Assembly (NCBI GenBank): GCA_049322255.1
Contig: JBMORE010000195.1
Coordinates: 1 to 43,977 of the forward strand
Direction: 5' to 3'
Source of the DNA: Myxococcota bacterium
Lineage (GTDB): Bacteria > Myxococcota > Myxococcia > Myxococcales > Myxococcaceae
DNA length: 43,977 nucleotides
Below are positions 1 to 8,912 of the stretch, one piece after another (the first letter of the stretch is position 1; each line of letters starts with the position of its first letter). A program made the translations under genes and the position numbers. Under the pieces are notes generated by a model that saw only the letters and a program-made list of their open reading frames with translations, ran no database searches and had not been told where the DNA came from.

Positions 1-42
1 TTCCCAAGCTCGGGGTCGCCGGTTCGAACCCGGTCCGCCGCT
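1..42 (+). tRNA. tRNA-Gly(CCC), 3' half (truncated by window start)
   Basis: TTCCCAA anticodon loop, T-arm GCCGG-TTCGAAC-CCGGT, acceptor 3' strand CCGCCGC and discriminator T (typical of bacterial tRNA-Gly). CCA is not encoded (followed by CAC). Confidence 0.85.
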
Positions 43-46
43 CACA

Positions 47-86
47 AAGAGGCCCTGGTTTCCAGCGGATGGAAGCCGGGGCCTTT
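47..86. terminator. Probable bidirectional intrinsic terminator between tRNA-Gly and the convergent CDS
   Basis: Stem GGCCCTGGTTTCCA (51-64) / TGGAAGCCGGGGCC (70-83) with G-U pairs, flanked by AAAG and TTT. Confidence 0.65.
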
Positions 87-119
87 GAATTATCGAGCAC
101 TCACGCCAGGTCCCTTTTT

Positions 120-1193
120 TCAGGCCCGCAGCGCCTCGGGTGTCGAGGGCGACATCTCCTTCGCGGCCTGCGCTGCATCATCCGCCCCTCGCTTCAAGTC
201 CTTCCACTTGAGCTTGCGTGTCCAGAGGCTCACCGCGCCGACGAAGATTTGGGTGGTGAGGGTGCCCAGGTGGGTGAGGGCGGCGAAGGCGGCGGCGTCG
301 GTCGCGCTCGCCCCCAGCTCCCGCGCTACCCAGCTGGTGGCGAAGTAGTAGATGCCCGTCCCGGCGGGGAAACCGGGCACCACTTGCCCCAGGGCGATCG
401 CTCCCAACACCACCGCCCCGGCGAAGAGGCCTCCTTCAATGCCCACCGCGTGCAACCCCAGCCCATAGCCGATCGCCGGCGCCAGCACCGGGGGAATGGA
501 GAGTAAGAGCGCCCGCGCCATCCCCGACGCGGAGCGCGCGGTGCCCAAACCCACGCTCAAGTTGACGAGGAAGGCCTCGGCCTTCGCCCATCGCCTCCGC
601 CGCCGCAGCGCCGCGGCCAGCGAAGCGGCGTAGCGCGCCAAGAACACCACCAGTCCCACCAGCCCCAGACAGGCCACCACGGCGATGCGCACGCCCGAGG
701 AGAAACGCCCCATGGTCTTGGCGAATGGCCCCAGGAAGGACAAACCCACGAGCAACATCAGCGCGGCGAACTCGAGCAGCTTGCACACCGCCACCGACCC
801 GAGCGTCTGCACCAGCGGCAACTTTCGCGTGCGGGCCATCAGAAACGCGCGGAAGAGGTCCCCGAACTTGCCTGGCAGCGCGTTGTGCACGAAGGCGCCG
901 ATGGCCACGAAGTGGTAGCGCTCGCGAAACGGCACCGGGTGAAAGAGCGCCGTCTGCCACTGCAGCGCCCGCGCGGGCACCATCGAGGCGGTGAGCGCCA
1001 TGAACGCCAAGAGCCACGGCAAGTGCTTGGGCAGCTCGGCGAAGAAGTGCCCCAGGTGGAAACGCGGCTGCCACAACGGCCCAGGCCCGCTGAGCCGAAT
1101 CTCCACGAAGACAGTGGCGATGAGCAAAAGCGACACGAGCGTGCCGACCACGGCGAGCACGGCCTTGGTGACGGACTTTGCGGACAGCGCCAT
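120..1193 (-). CDS. Lysylphosphatidylglycerol synthase TM-region / flippase-like (UPF0104) membrane protein
   Basis: Multi-TM protein with RALQWQ..L, IGAFVHNALPGKFGDLFRA and VPGFPAGTGIY motifs typical of the family. Confidence 0.8.
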   Translation of the reverse strand: MALSAKSVTKAVLAVVGTLVSLLLIATVFVEIRLSGPGPLWQPRFHLGHFFAELPKHLPWLLAFMALTASMVPARALQWQTALFHPVPFRERYHFVAIGAFVHNALPGKFGDLFRAFLMARTRKLPLVQTLGSVAVCKLLEFAALMLLVGLSFLGPFAKTMGRFSSGVRIAVVACLGLVGLVVFLARYAASLAAALRRRRRWAKAEAFLVNLSVGLGTARSASGMARALLLSIPPVLAPAIGYGLGLHAVGIEGGLFAGAVVLGAIALGQVVPGFPAGTGIYYFATSWVARELGASATDAAAFAALTHLGTLTTQIFVGAVSLWTRKLKWKDLKRGADDAAQAAKEMSPSTPEALRA

Positions 1194-1200
1194 CTTCCTC

Positions 1201-2766
1201 CTACTTTCCGCCCCGGTACGCCGTCGACAACCGCTGGTGCAGCTGGGTGGAGTGCGACAGCGCCGACAGCTCCACTGGGCCGTGCACGGGCCAGCAGACG
1301 ACGCTCTCGGTCTCGATGCGGGTCAACCCACCGTGGGAGCCGAACTCCCAGGCGAAGCCGACGGTGCCTCCTCGTTGGTGGGCGGCCCCAAAGAGCACCA
1401 GGTCGCCGGCGCTCTTCATGTGCGGCAGCTCCTCGAGCAGATCGGCCACCGCACGCTTGGAGAAGTCGGTTGGCAGCGGCACGCCGTGAAGCTCGTTCGC
1501 TCCGTACACCCCGCCGCGGACGATTGCCACCGCCCGGGAGCCACGGCGCACGGCGACAAGACCGATGTCCGAGAGGGCCACCGCGCGCGAGAGCACCTCG
1601 CGGTGCCGCTGCAAGAGCGCCATCGCCTCCAGCGGCTCGTGGCCCCTGGTCAAGTAGACGTGGGCGAAGTTGCCCGCCTCGATGACCACCGGTTCCTCGC
1701 GCGGCCACACCGGCCCACCGGCGAGAAGCGCTCGTCCGTCGAGCAGCCCGCGCTCCACTTCCTTGGGCAACGGCGCGGCCGGTCCTTCGCTCAGGCAGCG
1801 CTCGAGCTTCTTGCCCACCCGTTGCTCGAGCGGAGCACTGTCCACGTGGCCGTGGTCGGTGAAGAAGTACACGTCGTATGGCTCCTCGAGCGTGTGCGCG
1901 AGCGCGTACAGCTCGGCGAGGTGAGCGTCGACGCGGTAGAGCTCCCCCAGTGCCTGAGCGGAGCACGGCCCGCGCCGGTGCGCCACCTCGTCGAAGTTGC
2001 CAAACACCAGGTAGATGGCGGGCACTCCCAGCACCATGTCGATGAGCGCGCGGCTGTGGGCCAGGCTCCAGGCGAGACGTATGAGAAGGAACCGGTTGAG
2101 CAGGTACTCTCGCTCGTGCCGCCAGTCACCGTGCAGCCTCCTCGTCCAGCGCACCACGTCCTTGCCAGCCCCCCACATGTCGCGCATCAGCTCGCCTAAG
2201 TACGCGAGCACCCCACGCCGGCTGCCACCGCGAATTCCTTTGAGGTCGCGAAACAGCGCGCGCGCCATTGCCGGCAGGTTGCGCAGCGAGGTCATGTCGA
2301 GCTGGTTTTTCGCACCTGCGTGAAAGAGCGAGAGGTAAGTGGTGCCTCCCCCTTCGAGCAGGCTGTTTTCCGGCCGTGCGCCAAGGCGCGACTCCACCGA
2401 GTGGGCATCGAGAGGCACGTTCATGCGCACCACCCGGCCCAGGCCGCGGTCGAACCAGTGGTACGCAGGCAAGTTCGGGTGGCGCAGCCCGTACAACAGC
2501 CCCGCTTGGAAGCAGGGCGTGGAAGCGGGCGAGCCCCAGAACGCAGTGTCGAAGTGGTAAGCGCCGGAGCGCACGAGCGAAGAGAAGAACGGCATCGTGC
2601 CCTGGGCGATGGCTTGTTCCAGCACCGCGCGCGGCACCCCGTCGAGGTGTACCAGGAGAAATTTGCGGGGCCGCCGCGTTGGCAACCTTCCCACTCGGCG
2701 ACCGATACGGGCGATGGTCTCCTGCGCCCAGGAGCGCTGTTGCAGGGAAATCACCCGTTGATGCAC
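1201..2766 (-). CDS. Alkaline phosphatase superfamily protein (nucleotide pyrophosphatase/phosphodiesterase-like)
   Basis: LLVHLDG, PASTP (nucleophile region), DEVAH, TDHGH and SHGG metal-ligand motifs. Start set at GTG 2766 behind a GGGAGG RBS rather than the longer ORF start. Confidence 0.8.
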   Translation of the reverse strand: MHQRVISLQQRSWAQETIARIGRRVGRLPTRRPRKFLLVHLDGVPRAVLEQAIAQGTMPFFSSLVRSGAYHFDTAFWGSPASTPCFQAGLLYGLRHPNLPAYHWFDRGLGRVVRMNVPLDAHSVESRLGARPENSLLEGGGTTYLSLFHAGAKNQLDMTSLRNLPAMARALFRDLKGIRGGSRRGVLAYLGELMRDMWGAGKDVVRWTRRLHGDWRHEREYLLNRFLLIRLAWSLAHSRALIDMVLGVPAIYLVFGNFDEVAHRRGPCSAQALGELYRVDAHLAELYALAHTLEEPYDVYFFTDHGHVDSAPLEQRVGKKLERCLSEGPAAPLPKEVERGLLDGRALLAGGPVWPREEPVVIEAGNFAHVYLTRGHEPLEAMALLQRHREVLSRAVALSDIGLVAVRRGSRAVAIVRGGVYGANELHGVPLPTDFSKRAVADLLEELPHMKSAGDLVLFGAAHQRGGTVGFAWEFGSHGGLTRIETESVVCWPVHGPVELSALSHSTQLHQRLSTAYRGGK

Positions 2767-2941
2767 AAGACGCCTCCCCTTCCCCTGGCCAATATGCGCA
2801 CGTGCGCCGGGGCGGCGGCCGGGCTGTTGAGAGTTGGTCACCCTCCTTCGACGACGCGCCGGTGAGCGGCCAGGCGGGCACGCTGCGCCTGGCTCCTCAG
2901 GGGTTTTAAACAACGGGGCGCGGTTCGCACCTTCCCGGGGG

Positions 2942-4096
2942 ATGGGGAACGTCGCACACGCGCTCGCCTTGCTGCTCGCGGCTTCGACCTCGGAGCCTGG
3001 GCGCAAGGAAGAGGGCTTCGACGCCCTCGGTGTGCCCTTGCTCAGCTTCAGCTCCGATCTTGGCGTGGGGTTCGGCGCTGTGGGCGGCGCCTACATTTAT
3101 AAGAAGGGGTACCGCCCTTACCGCCACGCCGTCTCGGCGCAAATCTTCGCCACCACCCGCGGAGTGCAGAACCACTTCTTGCGCTACGACGGCCCGTCCC
3201 TCATCGGCCCGTTGCGCTTCGAGGCCAAGCTCGAGCTTCGGCGGGAGCTGCTCAGCCCCTACTACGGCGCGGGGAACCTCTCTTCGCCCGAGTTCGACCT
3301 CGATCCCGACTTCTCCGACCCCCGCTTCAACTTCGACAAGCTCGCTCCTGGTGCGTGGGTGCGGCTGCGTGGCTCGCCTGTGGGCCCCGACCATCCACTT
3401 CAGATTTATGGGGGATACTCTTTCAGCTGGCAGCGCATCATCGTCTTCGAAGACTCACTGCTGGAAGAAGAACGACCGGTGGGCATCGACGGCGGCGCCA
3501 CCGGACAGCTCCTGCTCGGGGTGCAGTACGACACGCGCGACAACGAGGGAGACCCCACCCGGGGCGGCGCGGAAGAGGTTTCGCTGCGTGTCGGCGCAGG
3601 TGCCACCGGGAGCGCGTTCAACTACTCCGGCCTCACCCTCTCCGAGCGCCGATTCTTCCACCTGGGAACGCCGCGGCTCATCCTCGCCCAGCGATTGCTC
3701 CTCGACGCGCTGTGGGGCGAGGTGCCGTTCTTCGAGTGGTCGGAGACTGGCGGTTTGGCGCCGCTGGACGGAGTGGGCGGCCAAAGCAGCGTGCGCGGCG
3801 TTCCACGCAACCGCTTCGTGGGTAACGTCAAGGTCTTCAGCAACACCGAGCTGCGCTACTACCCTTTCGAGTTCCAGCTCTTCGGCGCACCGGTGAGCGT
3901 GGGCGCGCTGGCCTTCTTCGACGTCGGGCGCGTGTGGCACCCCGGCGTGGAGGACGGTTCGCTCCTCAACTGGCACCCCGGGCTGGGGGGAGGGCTGCGG
4001 CTGGCCCGCCGCGCAGCCGTGGTGCGAACGGACGTCGGCCTGTCGACGGAAACCTGGCGGCCGCGCCTCTACATCACCTTCGGGCACGCGTTTTAA
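2942..4096 (+). CDS. Omp85/BamA-TamA family outer-membrane beta-barrel protein
   Basis: Hydrophobic N-terminus, YDTRD and VRG (L6 loop) motifs, FFDVGRVW, C-terminal YITFGHAF beta-signal. Confidence 0.85.
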   Translation: MGNVAHALALLLAASTSEPGRKEEGFDALGVPLLSFSSDLGVGFGAVGGAYIYKKGYRPYRHAVSAQIFATTRGVQNHFLRYDGPSLIGPLRFEAKLELRRELLSPYYGAGNLSSPEFDLDPDFSDPRFNFDKLAPGAWVRLRGSPVGPDHPLQIYGGYSFSWQRIIVFEDSLLEEERPVGIDGGATGQLLLGVQYDTRDNEGDPTRGGAEEVSLRVGAGATGSAFNYSGLTLSERRFFHLGTPRLILAQRLLLDALWGEVPFFEWSETGGLAPLDGVGGQSSVRGVPRNRFVGNVKVFSNTELRYYPFEFQLFGAPVSVGALAFFDVGRVWHPGVEDGSLLNWHPGLGGGLRLARRAAVVRTDVGLSTETWRPRLYITFGHAF

Positions 4097-5164
4097 CTAA
4101 AGCCAGCGCACCAACGCCGGCTCCGGCGCTGGCTCACCGCGAATGCCGGCCTCTATGGAAAGCGGCATCGCCCACACCCCGCGCGCGTTGAGCCCCTCGA
4201 GGAACGCGGCCCGTGTGGGCTCGTCGGGGGCGAAGACGACGCAGCCGTCTCCTCCCCCGGCGCCCGATACTTTCGCCACGCAACCGAAGCTGTCGGCGAG
4301 GGCGATGAGCCGGCGCAAAGGCTCGGTGGTCACCGGCCCGAGCTTGGAGAGGAGCGACTGCAGCTCCCGCACCGCGCGCTTCACCATGTCGAAGTCGCCC
4401 TCGAGGAGCGCGGCCTCGAGCGCGCTGCCCAGTTCGTCCGAGTCGAGCACGAAGCGCTCTTTCCCGGCCAACGACAGGCTTCGCTCCACCTCGTCGATGA
4501 GCGGCAGCGTCGAAGCGCTGGTGCCCGCGAAGGCGTAGGCGAGCGAGCACTTGGGCGAGGGCAGCCGCCAGAGATCGACCGGAGGCGCCTCGGCGAGAGC
4601 GGCGAAAAGTTGGCCGGTCTGCGCCGCCGCCGCCAAGGGAGCGACGTCGTAACGCCGGTAGCGCACGATGCCCCCGGCGAAGACGGCGGCCACGTCGGCG
4701 CCGCTGCCCTTTCCTCCCTGCGCCGAGGCGTGGGCCAACAGCGCCACCTTGAGGGCGTCGAAGCGCGCCTCGAGCACGAAGCGAGCGCACTCCGATGCCA
4801 GCACCGCCGCCCTGGCGCTGCCGCCTAGCCCGAGCTTGTGCCCCTCTTCGGATGTGGGCGAGGGCTCCAACGCCAACTCGAAGCCCAGCGCCTCGCGTCC
4901 ATGAGCGCGAAGCACGAAGTCCACCGTGCGGGCGACGAAGCGAAAAGGAACGGGCGCCTCGCCGCCCCAGTTCACCCCCAGCGGCGTCTGCTGGCCGCTG
5001 AACCGACCCTCCTCGAGGGCGAGGTGAATGTCGCGGTCGGCGCGGCGACGAACGAAGGCGGCCGTGCGCGGTCCGACGGCGGCCACCCGCGCGCTCCCTC
5101 CCCAGAGCACGGCGTACTCTCCGCACAAGAACAACTTTCCAGGAGCGGAGTAGGCGCGCTGCAT
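4097..5164 (-). CDS. mvaK2: Phosphomevalonate kinase (GHMP family)
   Basis: APGKLFLCGEYAVL, KLGLGGSA, GSGADVAA and KVSGAGGGDGC motifs; last gene of the mevalonate cluster. Confidence 0.9.
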   Translation of the reverse strand: MQRAYSAPGKLFLCGEYAVLWGGSARVAAVGPRTAAFVRRRADRDIHLALEEGRFSGQQTPLGVNWGGEAPVPFRFVARTVDFVLRAHGREALGFELALEPSPTSEEGHKLGLGGSARAAVLASECARFVLEARFDALKVALLAHASAQGGKGSGADVAAVFAGGIVRYRRYDVAPLAAAAQTGQLFAALAEAPPVDLWRLPSPKCSLAYAFAGTSASTLPLIDEVERSLSLAGKERFVLDSDELGSALEAALLEGDFDMVKRAVRELQSLLSKLGPVTTEPLRRLIALADSFGCVAKVSGAGGGDGCVVFAPDEPTRAAFLEGLNARGVWAMPLSIEAGIRGEPAPEPALVRWL

Positions 5165-5175
5165 CGGGCGTTAGA

Positions 5176-5463
5176 CTACACAAGGGAAGGGCCGTAGACG
5201 CAGAAAGCCACGGCCTTCGTCTTGCCTGTGTTGATGAAGCGATGCGGCGTTCCAGCGGGTACCAGCACCACCGCGCCTGCCCCCAGCCTGGCCCGCTCGT
5301 TGCCGATTTCAGCCTCCACCTCTCCCTCCAACACCAGGAGCACCTCGTCGCTCTTGGAGGGGAGGTTTCCCTGCGTACTGCTCGCCGCGCCGGGCAAAAG
5401 CCGCACCGCCGCCACGTGGATATTCCAGTGGCTGAGGAGAATCTGAATCCAGTCTTGCGCCAT
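5176..5463 (-). CDS. Small cupin-domain protein
   Basis: DEVLLVLEG and VPAGTPHRFINTG cupin motifs; ATG 5463 preceded by GGAG. Confidence 0.8.
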   Translation of the reverse strand: MAQDWIQILLSHWNIHVAAVRLLPGAASSTQGNLPSKSDEVLLVLEGEVEAEIGNERARLGAGAVVLVPAGTPHRFINTGKTKAVAFCVYGPSLV

Positions 5464-5503
5464 GCTCCAAGGTGAGAGGCCGACCCGTTGCCGACAGCGA
5501 GCG

Positions 5504-6481
5504 TTAGAAGAGGTGCTTGGAGAGCAGCCGTGCGTCACCCCCGGGACGGCAAGGGACGACTTCTTGCGCCCCACCTTCTTTGGCCAGACGCACCACGTCC
5601 TCTTCGTGCGCGGCATCGGTGAGCAGCACCGGGTTAGGTCCTGCATCCAGCGTGAACCACACCGGCAACCCCTCCTCGCGCAGTTGCTCGACGCGGCGAA
5701 TGAGCGCCAGCGTCCCCGGAGCGAGGTAGCACAGCGGCGGCTCCGCCCCCATCGCGGTCGCGTGCATGCGCCACGCGTTGCGCTCGGCGAGCGCGCCCAG
5801 CCCCGCGAGGTCTTTCTTTTCGATGAGCTCCCTGGCCTTGGACACGTCGGCGTCGGCGAGGCGCACCCAGGCCGGGTAATACGGCGAGGTCTCCACCGTC
5901 TGCCGCATTCCGTCGCGGGACTTCACCTTCTTCTCCTCCCGGCTCACCATCGCCACCACCAGCCGAAGCTTTGGCCAGTGGCTCTCGGGGACGAGCTGCT
6001 CGGCGAAGCTGTCGGCGCCATCGGCACGCTCGCCCTTCCTCCACACGCACACCCCTCCCTGAATGCTGCGGCACGCCGAGCCCGAGCCCTGTCGCGCGAG
6101 CATCGACTCGGCACGCACGTCGCGCGAAAGCCCCGCCGCCGCCCGTGCCGCCACCGCCAACGCCGCGAACGCCGCCGCGCTGCTCGCCAGCCCCGCCGCA
6201 GCGGGAAAATCACCCCGCGTTGCTACGCGCGCCTTCGCTCCCTCCTGCACCCGACCGATGAGCTGGAGCACCCGCATCCGCTCCACGCCGACCGCGGGGG
6301 CTCCGTTGATTTCGACCTCGTCCGCCGCGGTGCCCAGCTCTACCGTCGCGGTCACCGACAGCGGCGCCAAGGTGACCGAAAGACTCGACTGGTGCGGAAG
6401 AACAAGCACCTCGTCGCGCTTTCCCCAGTACTTCACCAGCGCGATGTTCGGGTGCGCCCCCGCGCTCGCCTTTCCGGTCAT
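5504..6481 (-). CDS. mvaD: Diphosphomevalonate decarboxylase
   Basis: AHPNIALVKYWGKRD, AAGLASSAA, GSGSACRS and TLDAGPN motifs. Confidence 0.95.
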   Translation of the reverse strand: MTGKASAGAHPNIALVKYWGKRDEVLVLPHQSSLSVTLAPLSVTATVELGTAADEVEINGAPAVGVERMRVLQLIGRVQEGAKARVATRGDFPAAAGLASSAAAFAALAVAARAAAGLSRDVRAESMLARQGSGSACRSIQGGVCVWRKGERADGADSFAEQLVPESHWPKLRLVVAMVSREEKKVKSRDGMRQTVETSPYYPAWVRLADADVSKARELIEKKDLAGLGALAERNAWRMHATAMGAEPPLCYLAPGTLALIRRVEQLREEGLPVWFTLDAGPNPVLLTDAAHEEDVVRLAKEGGAQEVVPCRPGGDARLLSKHLF

Positions 6482-6497
6482 CGCCCGCGCTCCAGCT

Positions 6498-6585
6498 GTG
6501 CTTGATTCATCAACAACCTCGGCCGTACGTCCGCACCAAGAGGAGCTGATGGCTGTTCAACCTCAATTGTTGATGAATCAAGCAC
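6498..6585. mobile_element. 88-bp MITE-like element with 19-bp perfect terminal inverted repeats and 3-bp GCT flanking direct repeats
   Basis: GTGCTTGATTCATCAACAA (6498-6516) is the exact reverse complement of TTGTTGATGAATCAAGCAC (6567-6585); GCT lies at 6495-6497 and 6586-6588. Confidence 0.55.
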
Positions 6586-6596
6586 GCTCGTGGTGG

Positions 6597-7523
6597 TCAT
6601 AGGGCGGGTGGCCCCGCGATCTGCGAGCCGAAGCAGCGCACGCCCTCTTGGGCCAGATGGGCCACCACGGGCTCGGGTTCCAAGAACAGGCCTATCACCG
6701 CGCCTCCGTCGCCGCCGGCTCCGGTGAGCTTGGCGCCCAAGGCTCCCATGCGCCGCAGCCGGTACACCATCTCGTCGAGGCCCAAAGACGAGAGCTGCAG
6801 CGCCGACAACAGCCCGTGGTTGAGGTTGAGGAGGTCTCCCAGCGCTTGGAGGTCGCCCTCCTCCACCGCGCGCGCGCCCTCGGTGGCGAGTCGGCCCATC
6901 TCCCCGTAGAGCCGGCGGTACCGCGTGGGCCAATGCGAGGCGCGTTCGCGCAAGCTGCCGACGATCGATTGGGTGGAGCTGCGCTCGCCGACCAGCGCGA
7001 CGAGCAGCTTGAGCGGGCGGGGGCTTTTCACCGCCTTCACCGAGCTCGCCGTGCCGGACTGGCGGCGAAAGAGAATGAGACGTTCCTGGGCGCTGGCGGT
7101 GTGGTCGACGCCGGAGGGAGTGCCGTGAAAGACGAGCTCCATCTCGCGGGCGACGCGCGCCACTGCTTCGGGAGTGCTTCGGCGCCCGGCGGCTTGGAGG
7201 AGCAGCCGCGCGCAAGCCACCGCCAGCGCCGCGGACGAGCCCAGACCCATCGAGATCGGCAGATCGCTTTCGAGGCTGACCGACACTTGGGGACGGCCGC
7301 AGGCCTTCGCCGCCCGCGCGAAGGCTGCGGTGAGCAGCTTTCGATGCGACGGGCTCAAGGAAGGGGGGACCTCGAGTGAACAGGTCTTGGCGGCACGGGC
7401 GGTGGCGCGAACCCCACGGCCCAAAGGCGCGGCGAGCGCGGGCTGGCCGTACACCACCCCGTGCTCGCCGAGGAGGATGACTTTGCCGGCTCCGAATGCC
7501 GTGAACGAGCTCACGCCCCTCAC
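6597..7523 (-). CDS. mvaK1: Mevalonate kinase
   Basis: GKVILLGEHGVVYG, PISMGLGSSAA, HGTPSGVD and KLTGAGG motifs. Start is GTG 7523 or 7514. Confidence 0.93.
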   Translation of the reverse strand: MRGVSSFTAFGAGKVILLGEHGVVYGQPALAAPLGRGVRATARAAKTCSLEVPPSLSPSHRKLLTAAFARAAKACGRPQVSVSLESDLPISMGLGSSAALAVACARLLLQAAGRRSTPEAVARVAREMELVFHGTPSGVDHTASAQERLILFRRQSGTASSVKAVKSPRPLKLLVALVGERSSTQSIVGSLRERASHWPTRYRRLYGEMGRLATEGARAVEEGDLQALGDLLNLNHGLLSALQLSSLGLDEMVYRLRRMGALGAKLTGAGGDGGAVIGLFLEPEPVVAHLAQEGVRCFGSQIAGPPAL

Positions 7524-7550
7524 CCCAACCCTCTCCCAGGCGGAGAGGGG
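7516..7550. repeat. BoxC/REP-like palindromic repeat
   Basis: CCCCTCACCCCAACCCTCTCCCAGGCGGAGAGGGG: a CCCTCTCC/GGAGAGGG hairpin with a C-rich tail, matching the boxC-type extragenic repeat pattern. Confidence 0.65.
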
Positions 7551-7557
7551 GTTTGGT

Positions 7558-8877
7558 TTAGCCAGTGCCGGTGGCGGCAGCGGCCTCCTCTGGGGTGAGC
7601 GAAGCGAGGATTTCTTTCGCCGCCTCGACCTTCACGTGCCCCGCCTTCACCAAAAGGTTGGCGACCTTCTCCACCCAATCGCCGCGGGCACCGGCGGTGA
7701 CCGCCACGCAGCGCGCGTGCAGCGCCATGTGGCCCCTTTGTATCCCCACCGACCCCAGCGCGCGCAGGGCGGCGAAGTTCTGAGCCAAACCGACGGCGGC
7801 GAAGACCATGGCCAGCTCGCGCACCGAGCTCGTCCGCAAAAGACGCATGGACAGCTGCACCCCGGGGTGAACCTTGATGGGGCCTCCCACCGTGCCCAGC
7901 GCCAGGGGCAGCTCGATGCGCCCCACCAAGTGCCCTTCCTCCAGCGACCAGGTGGAGAGCGGTCGGTACTGCCCGTCGCGGCAGGCGAACGCGTGGGCGC
8001 CGGCTTCGATCGCCCGCCAGTCCTGTCCGGTGGCGATGGCCACCGCGTCGATGCCGTTCATCACGCCCTTGTTGTGGGTCGCGGCGCGGTAGGGGTCGGC
8101 CAAGGCGAAGCGGCTGGCCTGGGCCACGCCCTCGGCGATGGCTTCTCCCGGGAGGTCGAAGTCGGCGAGCAGCGGCACGGGGATGCGGCAGGTGGCGCGC
8201 GCCAGCCGGCGGTCGGCGAGGTTGGAGAGGATGCGCAAGTACACCTTGCCGCCGGTGACCTGCTCGAGGAGCGGAGCCACGCCTTCGGCCATGGTGTTGA
8301 TGAGGTTGGCGCCCATCGCCTCCTGGGTATCGACGACGAGGTGCACCACCAAGAGCGGCTCGCCGCGCGGCCCTTCCGGCGGGGCCAGCACCCGCACCTC
8401 GATGTCCTTGGCGCCGCCACCGCGCCGCAGCATCTGTGGGTGGAAGCTGTTGGCGAGGGCGATCAGCTCTTCCTTCACCGCCAGAATCTTCCTCGTCGCC
8501 TCGTCGGGGTCGCCGTAGCGGGTGACTTGAACCTGGCCAATCATCAGCGAGTCGTCAGCTTCGGCGGTGAAGCCGCCCGCCTCGCGAACGATCTTCGCGG
8601 CGAAGGACACCGCGGCGACCACCGACGGTTCCTCCACCGCCATCGGCACCAGGTAGTCGCGCCCGTTGACGGTGAGGTTGAGGCCCAGCCCCAAGGGGAG
8701 CGCGAAGGTGCCTACCGCGTTCTCAATCATCTGGTTGGCGGTTTCCAGGTCCAGCACCGCATCGAGCCGCGCCGCCTCGTCGGCAGAGAGGCGAAACATG
8801 CGCGAGATTTTCTGCACCCGCTCATGGAGTGGCAGCTTGTGGAAGCCCGCCAACCGCGACGTCACCATCTCTGACAT
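7558..8877 (-). CDS. mvaA: HMG-CoA reductase, class II
   Basis: MIENAVG, PMAVEEPSVVAA, EAMGANLINT, RAATHNKG and IQRGHMALH motifs; AAAGGAG RBS before ATG 8877. Confidence 0.95.
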   Translation of the reverse strand: MSEMVTSRLAGFHKLPLHERVQKISRMFRLSADEAARLDAVLDLETANQMIENAVGTFALPLGLGLNLTVNGRDYLVPMAVEEPSVVAAVSFAAKIVREAGGFTAEADDSLMIGQVQVTRYGDPDEATRKILAVKEELIALANSFHPQMLRRGGGAKDIEVRVLAPPEGPRGEPLLVVHLVVDTQEAMGANLINTMAEGVAPLLEQVTGGKVYLRILSNLADRRLARATCRIPVPLLADFDLPGEAIAEGVAQASRFALADPYRAATHNKGVMNGIDAVAIATGQDWRAIEAGAHAFACRDGQYRPLSTWSLEEGHLVGRIELPLALGTVGGPIKVHPGVQLSMRLLRTSSVRELAMVFAAVGLAQNFAALRALGSVGIQRGHMALHARCVAVTAGARGDWVEKVANLLVKAGHVKVEAAKEILASLTPEEAAAATGTG

Positions 8878-8912
8878 GACGACTCCTTTAAGCCTCAATC
8901 GGTGCGGGCGGT

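Noticed and set aside
1..120. tRNA-Gly 3' end as an island attachment site
   Set aside because: No integrase follows, I saw no second copy of the tRNA 3' end in the window, and a normal terminator lies downstream.
7174..8874. Long antisense or alternative-frame ORFs (also 21422-23383, 31368-33155 and others)
   Set aside because: Shadow ORFs expected in high-GC DNA; they lie over genes with clear motifs and have no recognisable domains.
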